Assembly: GCF_006345805.1 (NCBI RefSeq)
Contig: NC_043005.1
Location: 41,788,001-41,852,000 of the forward strand
DNA: 64,000 nt
From: Octopus sinensis
Taxonomy: Eukaryota
Reading direction: 5' to 3'
The position numbers and the translations under genes are program-made. Below, piece after piece: positions 26,880-40,729 of the stretch (the first letter of the stretch is position 1; each line of letters begins with the position of its first letter). The notes beneath the pieces were generated by a model. That model searched no databases. It was not told the DNA's origin and saw only the letters and a list, made by a program, of their open reading frames with translations.

Positions 26880-27292
26880 AACATATATATTTCTTTATTG
26901 CCCACATAGGGCTAAACATATAGGGGACAAACAAGGACAGACAAAGGGATTAAGTCGATTATATCGACCCCAGTGCGAAACTGGTACTTTATTTATCGAC
27001 CTTGAAAGGATGAAGGGCAAAGTCGACCTCGGCGGAATTTGAACTCAGAACGAAATACCTATTTCTTTACTGCCCACAAGGGGCTACACACAGAGGGGAC
27101 AAACAAGGAAAGACAAACGGTTTAAGTCAATTATATTGACCCCAGTGCGTAACTGGTACTTATTTAATCGACCCCGAAAGGATGAAAGGAAAAGTCGACC
27201 TCGGCAGAATTTGAACTCAGAACGTAATGGCAGACGAAATACCGCTAAGCATTTCGCCCGGCGCGCTAACGTTTCTGCCAGCTCGCCGCCTT
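26880..27292 (-). mobile_element. SINE family B, tandem pair (one partial, one full copy)
   Basis: Reverse complement of GGCGGCGAGCTGGCAGAAACGTTAG...GAGTTCAAATTC...GGGGTCGAT...GTGGGCA(A/G)TAAAGAAATA, present twice. Confidence 0.85.
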
Positions 27293-29151
27293 ACATATAT
27301 CAACATATATCCAGAGAGATAAGTATATAGATGTGTGCGCGCGTATTTTTTATCATCAGTTCTATTGTTATTAATATATGTATAGTCAAGATTTTGTGTC
27401 TTCGCATTATTTTTGGTCGAACTTCTCAAATATACGTTAGCTCTAATCCAGCTGACCTACAATGAAACGCGTCCCAGATGCGAAAATGTTTTCTGACATA
27501 GGATAACTAGGTTTACATTAAATGTTTGTTTTCCTTTTTTAGGTCAGTAAGGTGTATTTGACGGATATTTGTCTGATGGGAAGGCTTTCTCTTTGTTTCG
27601 TGTCAGAACCATAGCAATTCAGTATATTGGATGGACTACGACAGACAATGATGTATTATTGATCGTCCGTGACAGAAACCTTGAACTTTTTTAGTCGAGA
27701 ATCAAATATGCTGTGAAGATTTGACTCGCTTGTATTCATTCCTCTTCCTCCCACCCTCCCTTATACATCTAACGATATACCTCTCCGCCTGCACGCGTCC
27801 ATTTCCTTTAGCTAATTCCTCTTTTTTTTTCGATCACAATATATCCTGTATTTTCAAATTGTTCATTACAATTATTAATTTCCCCAGGCACCAACAGTAT
27901 ATACTTCCCTCTGCGTAATGACTAGCACGGATCATATAGCAGTGTGTCTTACTCTCACGAGGAATATTCTAATTCAACAGTATAAAATAACTGATGCCTC
28001 TTGGAAGAAGTAATTGACTAGATAATTAGCTAAACATTGACTGAGATGTAAGCAATTAAAAACCAAGTTCTCTTTTTCAAATTAGTTCGATAGACCAAAA
28101 ACCACTGCGGATTGTTTTTAGAATGTTTCCTTAGGCATTACTCTTCAGCTGCCGAACTTTGTATAAATACAGACTCTGGACCGGTGTTATTATGATCCAT
28201 CAAGCCATGTAAATTGCCTGAGTATTCTGATTGATCTCACATCTTTTTCTAGAATGTTGTACAGAATAGCTTAAGTAAAAATGAAAAATAAGCCATTGAT
28301 TTCCTAACACATATTATGATGGCTCTATTATTGACTTATATACTTTATAATTTCCATGTAGGAATGTCTATATACCTGACACTTTAGGATGGACAATATC
28401 CGTCAATATATCCATAATGATTCAGTATTCATTTGTGAATACTGAATATTTGATATAATCATTGAAAGTTTCATATTTGATATTATATAAATTTTGTATT
28501 TGACAAATAAACAGATTTAAAAAAATGAAAGTAACTTAATTGACCCAATACATTTCCCAAAAATGATCTGGAAAAGAAATGTTTCCTAAATATGTTTAAT
28601 TAGAAAAAAGAAAAGAGGAAAAACAATACCTAAACGCCTTAGTGTTAGTGAGTTTGCCTAGAAAAGCATTTAAAAAAAAATTAAACCTGCAAACTTAATT
28701 TTATTTCATCTCGCCTGCAAAAGAACATAACATTGATTAAGAAAGAACTGAACAAATCGAGTGAAAAAAATTCACTTTCGTTCTTGTATATTTCTCAATT
28801 CGTTTTCATGTAAATGAAAGCAAGAATGATTAATTGAGAGAAATACGGTGTAAGTCCTTTCTATATTGTTTAACGGTATGCGTTTCACTGGGAAGCAATT
28901 TGAGCAAAATTTACATTCATCTGCTTTGAGTAGCTGAATATCTAAACAAAACACATTTCGAGGGAGGAATAATCAGGCGGCAGAGGGATAATATACTAAT
29001 TACATATTACCATGTAGAATTTTCTCCTGTTTGTATATAAACAAGTATTTGTTTTCTTCCTATTTCCAAACAGGCTGTAAATTAAGAAATTTCTTTTCTT
29101 GGTGGTGTTTCCGATCCGTAATATTTTGTTAATTTTGTTCTTACTAGATGA

Positions 29152-29185
<34 letters not shown>

Positions 29186-30423
29186 GGTGGGGTGGTGACG
29201 ATATTGATGAAGAAGTAAATGTTGGTGTTGTTTTCTCAGATGAAAATTGGTTGTTATCTCTAAAATCTGATAGCAAAGACAAATTAATTTATTAGATTAA
29301 AAAAAAAAAAGTTGCAACAACATGTAGATAATGCACAAACGCACGCACGCACACACACACACAAACACTCACACATGCACACACACACACATCACACATG
29401 CACCATATATATATTATATATATATATAATATATATATATATATATGTATGTAATGCATACGTATGTATGCGTGTGTGTATACATTAATATATGTATTTG
29501 CATGTGCGTTTGTGAGTCAGTATATTTCGGTATAAATAATGTATAATCGCATGTGTAGATTTCGTATGTACCTGATTGCGTGTGCATAATTATTTATATA
29601 CGTACATAAACACACACACACGCACACAAACTCACACACACACATATATATACATGCTGATATTTTGCAGTATTATTGTATATTTTCTTTTATATAGACT
29701 GAATTTATGTGAACTATAGGTTTTATTCTAACTTCTAATATAAATTGTATTCGAATTAGAGTGCTTGCTAAAACGAATAACTGAATAATTGATGATGCTT
29801 CACATCTAGATATAAAGAAGTGCTTAAATGTGTACTTAAATATAAATATATGCCTACGTAGACAAATATAATATATGCATAGAAACATACGTACGTACAT
29901 AGACATCCTCAAAGAGCGAGAGTTGTACACATGCTCAAGGTATATAAATATCATTTATTTTGTTTTATATTTTGTAATTTTTTCGTAATATAGACAAATT
30001 GAACTAAACTGAATATCGACATACCGTATGAGGCAAGTTTGGAATGGTATCACTGTTTCGATTTCATCACAGCGCGGCAAACTCTCTCACATCATAGTTT
30101 TGGCTCACCCAAAGCATTCTGTGTGAAGTTTGATGAGCGGAAAGAAGTTTGTATTAGCCGTTTGAGTGTACAGAACTGTTGCTTGGATGGTAATCAAAAT
30201 TGAACACTAGATTTTTATACCAGTATCTGGTTCGTGAGTACACAAACCCGAGTCGCCTCACTTGTAAGTATTCGGAACAAGTCTTCAGACCGAATGCAAC
30301 ATATGGGCATTGGTTTATTTCTCCGTTTCTTTCATTACACTGAAAATGGCATGTGCTTCCTTTCCTCTTCCTCTTCTCACATAACTGCTTTTCACATACG
30401 AAGTAATAATAATAATAATAATA

Positions 30424-30473
<50 letters not shown>

Positions 30474-30514
30474 TAATAATAACAACAACAACCACAACAA
30501 CAACAATAGTAATA

Positions 30515-30810
30515 ATAACAAGAGCACTCAGAGAGCGCAAACCACCGCCAAGGCAACACCAGCATCCTCTCAATGATTAGCCAGATATGACTTTTTAAAA
30601 TGAGAATATCTGAAATAAACTCGACTACTCTCATAAACAAGAATACTAAAAGTGAACCTAACCGCTCTCAAAAATTAAGTCCGATACCGAATTGATCCCA
30701 AAATCTAATTATTTCGCGCCAGTCACGGAGCGAAATATCGCTGAAAGTTTCTTCCTAATCCATCTAGCGGTTCTTGAAATATCTTGTTCGCGGACAAACA
30801 AACAAACAGC
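30515..30810 (+). mobile_element. Non-autonomous DNA element fragment, possibly Helentron/HINE-like
   Basis: Starts AACAAGAGCACTCAGAGAGCGCAAACC.CCGCCAAGGC and ends in GGACAAACAAACAAAC. This architecture is recalled from invertebrate non-autonomous elements, and the family is not verified. Confidence 0.35.
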
Positions 30811-30811
30811 T

Positions 30812-33800
30812 ACTTTGAGGACATTCTCCAGGTACAGATGGTCGACCCTATCGAATATCTTCGATTGATCTAAATGGATCAACGCCCATTGAAGCCACGT
30901 TCACACCCTACCCTGTCTATGATGTATCGCATGATGTGGAGGTTGTGGTGTATGAACCTGGTCGGGATTGCGTAGGTTTGTGCCTCCCCGACCAAATCCT
31001 CAACGACAAGCACCAACCTTTTCGCTAACACCTTGGCTGAAATCATAAACTCTGTGTTGAGTGGAGTTATGGGTGTGAAGTTATCTAGTGTGCCCCCTTA
31101 TCTTCGTCTTTCTTTATCAGCGTCACTACGCCTCGGCTCACAGAACAGGGAATACTTCCGTTCTGCTGACAGTTGAAGTAGAGCGCTTCGAGAAGATCGG
31201 AGAACAAGTCTAGCATATTCACGCAAAACTCGTGGGGAAGACCATCTAAACCGGTTGACTTGCATCTCGTGTAGCCAGCAAAAGCACCCTGGATTTCGGC
31301 TGAAGTTATATGCCTTTTACAGCGCTCAGTATCGGCCGTTGAAGTAGGGACTGAAGTCCACCACTGTCTCCGCCCCACCACTCTCCACAAACAGCCGAGC
31401 AAAGTGCTGGCGAAAGGCCTCACACATCTGCCTGGAGTCGCTCAGCTTGCGTCCGTCTCGGTGGTCAACGTATTGTGATTTTGTTACCACGCTGCATCTC
31501 CGCCACGTGGGGCTATCGAACAGATTTGATCCCCTCGTTTCTTAGAGCACGCGCCTTAACTGTGACAATGCAAACTTCATATTTCACATTGAAGAACTGG
31601 CTTAATGGCATTCTCGCTGGTAGCACGTTGGTTGCAATGTCACTACAAATAACCTCGTTAGCTACTAACCCCTCTCCTTCATATTTTTTCTAACGCTGTT
31701 TCTTTGCTAAACCCTATCGATATTACTCTAATCTCTCTTTTGAGAGCCGCCCACCACCTGTTGCTGACTACCATCCCTGTCAACGTCTGCTTAACTAAAT
31801 TGTTGACCCGGTCCCTGTAAGCCTTACGTGCCGGAAACCACATGTTCAGCTTCCAGTACGCGGATCCTGACCAACGCGTCTTATCTAAGTCGACCGTACA
31901 GATTACAAACTTATGATCTGAATAGACGACCGTTTTAAAAAGTGGACATCTGTTTTCTCAGTCAAAATCCTAGCTATTGCAATATATACCATTTAGATGA
32001 CCATAAGCGGTTGGTCCAGGTCCACACTGGCGCATTAGGGAAATCTCGTAAATTACTTGTTAGACAGTTTGAACTGGAGGATCAGGTAATTGAGGCTTTT
32101 GCAATGACAGCTTCTATCAGCTACCCCGACACGATCCCAGAGTTGGTCTAAGTTTCCGTTCCAGTCCCCCACTAACAGAAAAGGGCGAAACGTATCTAGA
32201 AAGGCTTCCAGACGCCTAAAGTAATCCCGCAGTTTGGCTCCGGTAGGGACAAAGACGGTCACCAGTCTAAAGACACCACCTTCACTATTGCTCACGACCA
32301 CGAGCATCTACTTTTCGTCCGGGTCCTAGAAGACTAACCTTACCTCGAGATCAAGTTCTTTCCTAAACAGCACTGACACTCCACCTCCCATTCCCGGCCA
32401 ACTAACAGATACAAAAATCTGGTAGTCGTCGAAAATGGGGCTAGTGCGCGTGTATTGAAAACCCTGTTCTCACTGACAGCAATTACATCCAATTCTAAAG
32501 ATTTGAGGTCGTTGAGCAGGCGCTCTTGCTTCCAGACCTCGGACATTTAAAAGTCCTACTCTTAATATGGCCATGTTGGCAAGCTAAAGAGAGGAGGGTA
32601 AGGTTTACTTACTTCCCGGTGTCTGGTGAAGGTCGGGTGTCTCGACTTCCATAATTGGTGAGGTTTTCTTGGGGAACCCCTTTAAGAGTCTCGATGTGAG
32701 TCTCAAACTCGTGGTTCCCACGTCACCAGGGAAGCTCTCTCAAATTTTTATGTAGGAATCGAGTGACATTCGCACCAGAAGCGAATCAGGTGCGCGAAAT
32801 GTGCTCGATTCGAAAATCACTCCCGCTGTTTCAAATTCAATGTTTTTTTTTGTGTTACGAGGGCCATCAGTTCCTCGTTGTCCCTTCTGATGAGTACAAA
32901 GTTGAGTGTTTTGTGTTGGTGTTGTTTTACTTCGTTGCTTGACTGTAGTGGTGATGGTCTTGTTGTTGTTGTTTTGGTTGTGTCTGTGTTTGCTGTGAGT
33001 GTGGTATCTGTAGTTTTAGATGTTTGCGTGAGTGTTTGTTCTTGTGTCTGTTTAGGTTGTTTGTGTTGGGGGGATTCTGGTGATTGTGATGGTGTTTGTT
33101 GTGCTGGTGTTGGTCTTATTGGGGAGATATTTGTGTGGGTGGTGTTTGTATGTGTTGTTATGCTTTGTGGAATTTTCTTTTGTGCTTATTTGCTTTTTGG
33201 AGCCTTTTGGCTTTCCTTCATCTACACTACTGGAAAATGAGGTGTCTGTGGCTGTAAATGTGTCAGTGTCTTATGTATGGTTATATTCTTATTTATGCGT
33301 GTATTTTTCTTAAGTGTCAGGGGAAGGGAGACCTTTCCTTGTTTCCTCCTTGGGTGGTTAACGTTGTTGGTGTTTTGTTTGTTATTGCTATTGATTTTTC
33401 CGGTGCTGGTGTTGTTTGTGGTCCTCGTCCCGGCGTAGGCAGCAGTGGAGGCCTTTGACCCCTCACACTGTTTACTAGTTGGGGGCCGCAAACTCACAAA
33501 TGAGTAGTTTCTCCACAAGCGAAAGAATGCACCCTTTTGTTCTCAGTCATTATGCGTATCACCCTCCCGTTGCGGAGACGGATGAGGTCCGGGATTTTTT
33601 CCATGTTTTCGGGCCTGACATGGAGAAATATCTCCAGGTCAACCCCGGAATTGTCTTTGCTGGCAGTTCTTGTCACTGTACCGGCACGGTATCCGTACCC
33701 TCCACAATTACGCATCCCAGAAGCCACCACATATCAGGTCCTGGTGGTACCCTAGGAATGCGAACACGTGTTGTACGTTTCCCCATGTGGTTTTGCAAGC

Positions 33801-34560
33801 GATCATTGAATGTTTCATAGCGAGAGCTTCTGATTTAAACAGCACCGAAATGGTGCCGTATTGTTGTTTGCCCCTTGCTATGTACTCAGTTTCATCGGTG
33901 ATGTACCTCAGGAACGCTTCAATATCTAATTGGGCTATTAAATCCGCTTTTTTCGTCCCTGCTGAGATGCATCTGAAAAGCACCGTTCTTTCCTCCACTG
34001 CTTCAATTGCCTCTAAGATAGGTGGCGCAGGTTTTTTCTTGTTTAATTACTTACCATGCTTGAGCCAACATTTCATCTCTGTTTGTGAGGTCCACGGTGA
34101 AGCGTTGCCTGTTTTTCGCTGCTGCTGCTGCTGCTGCAGTGAACGTGTCTTTGTTGTTGGTAATGTTCTAGTTGATGTTGTTGTCGCTGTTGTTGCCGTT
34201 GCTGCCGTTGTTGTTGCTGTTGCTGTTGTTGCCGTTGTTGTTGTTGCTACCGCTACTACTACTGCTGTTGTCACTGATACCGCTGTTGCTGTTACTGCTA
34301 CCACTCCCGTTGCTACAAGGTGAACTTTGTACTGTTCCACCATCGGTGTTGTATTGTTGCCAGTAAGGGAGGGAAATCTTCAGCAGTCACCAGAATCGTG
34401 GGAGGGACAGTTTTCTTTTTTCTCAACTCTTTCAAGTAGCGCTCCTCCATCTTGTTGAGTTGTATTTCATTAATTCAAATTAAACGCCCACCGAACTTAT
34501 TTGTTGGGCCGAATATAGCCCATCGAGGGGCTAGAAAACCAGTAACAGGTTCCTGGTATT
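30812..34560 (-). mobile_element. Tx1/L1-clade LINE: 5' UTR, ORF1 and ORF2 (APE + first part of RT), pseudogenised and 3'-truncated
   Basis: ORF1 start MEERYLKELRKKKT at about 34450, with pieces 33708..33998. APE motifs LDVIAVSE, LLVGDWNGNLD and YSDHKFV. RT motifs KSTGLDGLPHEF, RGVVTLIKK and DQSKIFDRVDH. Homology stops at about 30812, before YADD. Confidence 0.9.
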
Positions 34561-34665
34561 TCTATTGACCACTTGGAATAAAATAAACAATACAACAAAA
34601 GCACCAAGCCAGTGTAAATAAAAGTTTAAGCTGAAACAACCTTGAGCGTTTGAAAACACGTCCTA

Positions 34666-34716
<51 letters not shown>

Positions 34717-35589
34717 TGATGATGATGATGATGATTATGATGATGATGATAACGACGACGATGATGATAATAATAAAAATAAACATGGAGGTTTCAATTG
34801 ACCATGCGCAAACAAAGTTCTAAATATCTTTAGGTGAAAGAGGAGACATTAGATATTTATTTTTATAAAAATATAAAAGAATGTATGCACGCGATAAGCA
34901 AAAATTGAAATGGAGAATTCTAATTATTTTGCTGTATAACAAAATAAAATCAGAAAGTTTTAACATATTTAAAGGAAGCGAGATGAGTTTTCTATTTTAA
35001 TAAGCAACAAGAAGCTTCGTAAAATAGCCAGAATAATTTGGATTGAAACTGTACAAATAATATCTTCCCGGTAACCCATCGGTGTTACCATTTGTGAAGG
35101 ATTTATTTGCAATTTACACTCATTCGAGGACTTAAATCCAGAATGAGAAGCAATTCATTTCAAATTATTTAAAGAAAGGAAAACAATTCCAATGCTGTCT
35201 TCATCATTCTGAGAAGACTTGTTATTGTATCATGCTGATAGGATCACTTTACCAAAGATCTTTACTTGATAGGGTCTTTAATGATTGCTGTGACATTGTT
35301 CGTACTGAAAAAAATGATATCAACTATTAGGGTTTCACAAATTCTTCCAGATTAGTACTGAGCCACTCAGTACTGTAACTCCTTCTTTAACACCAAATGA
35401 TCACAGATTACTTTTCTTACAAGAAAACCACAGCTATATTATCGATTAACCCTACAAAATCGGATAGTAGTAAACTTAGAAAGAGAATATTACGTAATAT
35501 TTTTCTTTGCATGAAGAAAATAATAAACTGTATTCGTATGTGTTTAACATTCCATAAAAAAAGGATTCAAAATTATAGCTTCATAATCT

Positions 35590-36445
35590 ATTTCATGGAA
35601 AATGCGAGCAAGGGAAACAATATTCTAAAGATTATAAACCTAGGAAAAGAACGGGACAAGTTATTACACTTGAAAAAGTTCCAGGCAGGTTATTACATCT
35701 GGTAAAGTACAGAACAAGAAAATTTTAATTAAAACATTGCAGCTAAGGACATTTCAAAAACTAACTTTTATTAAAACTAAAAATGTTATTACAAGTTATT
35801 ACTTCTATTTGTTATAAATTGTTACTTCTATTAAAAATATAAAAATAACTCAAAATATTTTTTGCTCTTAAATGAATTCATTTTAAAATTATTAATTAAT
35901 AATTAAAAATTTGAAAATAGGCTATAAAAATAATATTAGTACATATTTAGTTAGTACAATAAATAGAATAATACAAAAATTAGTTATATATTTCCGTAAA
36001 ATCTACCTATAACAACAAATTCACAGTAGAATTTGTTTGAGTTATTGATTAAGTTATTTCCAAGTCTTCTTTTAGTCTTGACCCAATGCCTATTTTTTTA
36101 CATAATGAATTAGCCTACCATATATACTATTCTACTTTGCTTAAAACTTTAGCTATATTGGTACCTTTGGCTCTCATTTTTTAAGTATACTAGTGTGTCA
36201 ATCTTTTAAAAAAATGATGGTAACTTTTTTTAATTATAATGTTGCTTTGTAAATTAAAATCAAATAATTTTTAATATTCAAATTTTATCCTTAGCTGCAA
36301 TATTTTAAATAAAATGCCTTTTGTTCTGTACTTTACCAGATGTAACAACTTGTCCTGAACTTTTCCAAGAGTAATAACTTGTTCTGTACTTTTCCAGGTT
36401 TATAATCTTAAGAATTTTATTTCTCTTGCTCGCATTTTTCTATGT
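35590..36445. repeat. Inverted repeat (about 155-bp arms), each arm with about 2.6 copies of a 29-bp unit
   Basis: 35598-35749 is the diverged reverse complement of 36288-36440. The unit resembles GGAAAAGTACAGAACAAGTTATTACATCT. Confidence 0.85.
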
Positions 36446-38527
36446 AATCCATGATTTTTTCAGGCTATGCTATTATGCTAATTAATAATGTGTCAATAAA
36501 TAATTTGATTTTACCTTATTGAAAATTGAATAAATTAAAAAAATTTCTAAATAGTATTTTAATTTTTAATACAGTTGAGGTAATTAAACTAATTGCAAAT
36601 TAGCGGTGTCGTTGATAATTTTTCCTTACCTCAATGATGCCGGTGACATATTAAAAGTCCCCTTCTAGAACTAAATTCATAAAAAAGTATAGAACTATGT
36701 TATCACCCTCAAATTTGAGAAACAAACACTCAACCTTTTTTTAAACCATGAAATTCCTCGAATTGAGCTCTATCATTAAAGGTTAATTAAAATATGGTTT
36801 GTTTTTAAAATAAAAAAGCCAATTATACTTAAGTCCAATTTCTTGACTTATATATTTTCATGATATTTTACCTCACAACTTTTTTAATACAAATTTTTGT
36901 TGCATGGGATCAAAACTATGAAATTCTTCAAGCTTTCTTCTATCATTGGAGCTAAGATAAATATATTTTGCTTTTAAAATAATAAAAAAAAAACCTAAAC
37001 TTGATTGGAGGCGTTACTTACTCTCCTATAACGTGGCCGCAAATTTTGATGCAAACATTTTTCTACTGGACCAACTCTCAATTTTTTTTATATCAAAATG
37101 TAGTAAGGACCAGTCTTCTTCATCAATGTTAACAGTTTTCAATTTGGTTAAGAACTGAATTAGCGACAAAGTTTGAAAGGTGCTGCGTGTGAGTAAATTG
37201 CGGCCTTAAGAATATTATTCAACTACGGTAGTAGTTGAATGATGTACTTCGAATTTATCACGAGTTTTCTTTGATTAAAATTAAAATAAGACCATGACCA
37301 AAAGAAGACAACGACTAGGATAAGAAATAATTTTTTGTTTTGTTTTGAAGAGTAATTTTTGTAGTGATGGATTTAATTAAAAGTATTTCTATCTAGAGCC
37401 TAACTAGATTTTTTCCAATTCGCCGTCAGTATTTACTATACATTGATAATATGGTTTTACCGTTGTTAGTTAAGGGCGATAAAGTAAAGCAGTAACGGAC
37501 ATTAACTATTTCGAAATAAACAGAAAAAGACTTTGATGATTGTTTTTGTGTAATAAATTTGCATTTGACTTGATGATGCGAGCGAGCGATTTGACTGAAA
37601 ATACTGACATTAAAGAAGACATCCTTAATTCAAAAGGAATTATATGTATCAGGATGCTGGTTATTTGATCATGAATAAACGTGGTTTGTAAACTATAGAT
37701 ATATTTCTGAAGTGTCAGGTACTCTTTTTCAATAGTTTTCCTCTTTCAGTCACATTAGACAAAAATCTATCTGTAATGAATTTCTCGGATGTAGCTTTGA
37801 ATCGATCCTTTTACTAATTTCCTCACTATAAAAAGCACAAAGAAACTACTGATTACATAACTAAATTTTGTAAGTTCACTATTGACATCCAAAAGTTGAT
37901 AAGAAATTTATCACTATTTACCTATGAGTAGAGTTTTGAAAGATTTGCTATAAGACATTGTTTTATAATGAATTTAAGAATACAAAATATTTCGTTAACT
38001 ACTAGCGTAGAATGAAGAAGAGTAGATATAAACATATTAATTCTTAAAATCTAAATATGAAAACGCTAAAGAAGCATTTCGCTTAAGAATATACGTATCT
38101 ATTTTTTTTTTACTTGTTTCAGTTATTAGATTGTGGCCAGGCTGGAGCATTGCCTTCATGCATTTGTAGTGGAATGAATCGACCTCTGTACTTGGTGTTT
38201 TTATGACAGTAAGGAATTAAAAGGAATATATATTTTTAGCTTAATATATAGTGGTAGTAAGGGTAAATAAGAGGGAAAAAAGAAGCACGGTGGGATTATT
38301 AATATTTGTAATTTGAGAGTAGAGTTTGTGATCGATATTTGCAGGTAAAAATTATACTGCTGCGTTCATTAAAACAATCTGTAGATTGCAAAATAGATAA
38401 GACCTCGGTTATGCAGAGATCACACTTGTTATTATGGCTGCTGTATGGTTTGGCGTGGGCGCTTTCTTCATGCATACTTTTTTCTCCCCCTTGACCAAAA
38501 ATATTTCCTTACCCGCTTCCCTCTCGC

Positions 38528-38562
<35 letters not shown>

Positions 38563-38639
38563 ATATATATATAATGGAACAAAAACGCAATAGAGGACAA
38601 TAAAACATTCGGACAGATAGACGGTACAATAGGCGGACA

Positions 38640-38745
38640 GGTGTTTTTTATTCTTTGTAATTATTCTACGGGACAATTTTGCCGAACCAAGGACGTAAAC
38701 ACACCAACACCGATTGTCAAGCAGTGGTGGTGGACAAACACAGAC
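38640..38745 (-). mobile_element. SINE family A tail fragment
   Basis: GGACGTAAACACACCAACACCGATTGTCAAGC is the reverse complement of the family A tail. Confidence 0.7.
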
Positions 38746-39532
38746 ACGAACACACACGTAAACACACACACATACGCACACACACACAAATGTACATGTA
38801 TGTGTGTGTGTGTATATATATGAGTTTAGAGCGATATATTATCCGGGCGGATACCATGGCAGTTCTCAGTTATGTTCCAGGTTTCGGCTAACCGCATCGA
38901 TTAGTAATTAATGTCTATGACTACTAGGAGTTAGCGCTCCCAAACTACATGCTGGTTTCTTAACTAACCTAATATATATTACTTTTGCTTTCCTCTTACA
39001 AGCAAAATAAATACCATACCGACGAAAATATCTGAATTACTAAGAATATAACATGGAACTGATCCACCCTAAAATGAAATACATTAGAAGAACTATACTT
39101 GAAAGTAAGCTTATTAAGTACCTATCTAATATAATACTCAAAGAAGCTCGACAAAACTGTAACATACAGTTTGACCAAAAAAGATAGATTCCTGACTCCT
39201 GCCAGCTTTTGGTATGAAACCCATGTCAACCACTCAAGTTTACAAATAGATCAGATTTCAGATTCAAAACAACCTCCCCTCACTTCACTCTAAATACTAT
39301 CCAATAAACAACTGAATTCAGTTCAGTTCGAGCCAAGCTGGTTGAAAAACCCCCAACGAAACCTCACAGAAAATTATGCTCGTTTGCATATGCAACTGCC
39401 CATATTCGTGCCGTGGAAACACGTGTAGGTCGTCGTAATTATAAGAATATGCTGTTTGAGCTTGTAAAATAAAGTAAATGAATTTTGAGGATGTACCTGT
39501 CTCCATGTTCCTTATCATTATAATTACACACA

Positions 39533-39573
<41 letters not shown>

Positions 39574-39584
39574 CATAATACTAC

Positions 39585-39700
39585 TGGCTTCTTTCAGTTT
39601 TCGTCTACTAAATCCACGCAAGAGGCTTTGGTTAGCCCGAGGTTATAAACTGAAAAAAATTACCCGAGGTGCCATGCAGTGGGACTGAAACTGGATCCAT
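39585..39700 (-). mobile_element. SINE family A head fragment
   Basis: GGCTTCTTTCAGTTTTCGTCTACTAAATCC...GTGCCATGCAGTGGGACTGAA. Confidence 0.8.
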
Positions 39701-40364
39701 TACACATCATACACAAAACATAAAATCGTTAAATATAACAAAATGGCTACGGTCATTTATAAATGTAACAACAATGCAAATTACAACTGGATGGAAATTG
39801 TTAAATTAATGATATGTCGTACAAATTTATATTTGGGCCTTCTACCATATATGGGGTTTATATAGATTTAAGAAATTAGGTATCACAAGATGAATCGTTT
39901 ACTGCAGTCTCAAAGCAGAAGGGATGGGATTTCATTAAGGGCTCACATTTAGGGCTTGCAATGAAAAGCTATGAGTTAAAACTGAAATTTTTGACTGAGA
40001 TCAACGCATATTGCGGAAAAAAAAAAAAATAACGCGACATGTAAGTTAACTGAACCTGAGAGATATATTTTGTTAAACACTTAATTCTGAATAGAAATTC
40101 GCTGACAATTTCGGTATGTAAATATAGGATGCATAAGATATACATTTTTACTTTACCATGTAAGCAAACAGATCAGAGTTTACACACACACACAAACACC
40201 GCCCCCATTTCTGTGTCAGAGTGTGATGGAGGGACCGGCGTGCATCTCTGTATGTGTATGGATACCCATATTTATATATTTATATGTGTATATATATGTG
40301 TATACACAAATGTACAAGAGTATCTATACTAACTACCTATCTACATATCCATATCCATCCATCC

Positions 40365-40402
<38 letters not shown>

Positions 40403-40444
40403 TACTCTCTCTTTCTCACTCTCTCTCTCACTAACTCTCTCACT

Positions 40445-40562
<118 letters not shown>

Positions 40563-40635
40563 ATATATATATATATATATATATACATACATATATATAT
40601 ACATATATATATATACATATATATAATATATATAT

Positions 40636-40729
<94 letters not shown>

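Noticed and set aside
27459-27480. CTGACCT...GAAA-CGCG-TC
   Set aside because: The 5' core is broken and there is no stem II or stem I.
27540-27700. Protein-like stretch GVFDGYLSDGKAFSLFRVRTIAIQYIG
   Set aside because: It is bounded by stops, and the strong nearby acceptor is out of frame with it.
28118-28150. Minus-strand CTGAAGA...GAAA-CATTC-TA
   Set aside because: None of the three stems pairs, so this is a chance core match.
30245-30292. Minus-strand CTGAAGA-CTTGT...ACAAG hairpin
   Set aside because: There is no GAAA or cleavage triplet after the stem.
35397-35705. 102-aa Lys/Ile-rich ORF
   Set aside because: It overlaps the inverted-repeat arm, has composition typical of AT-rich noncoding DNA, and shows no motif.
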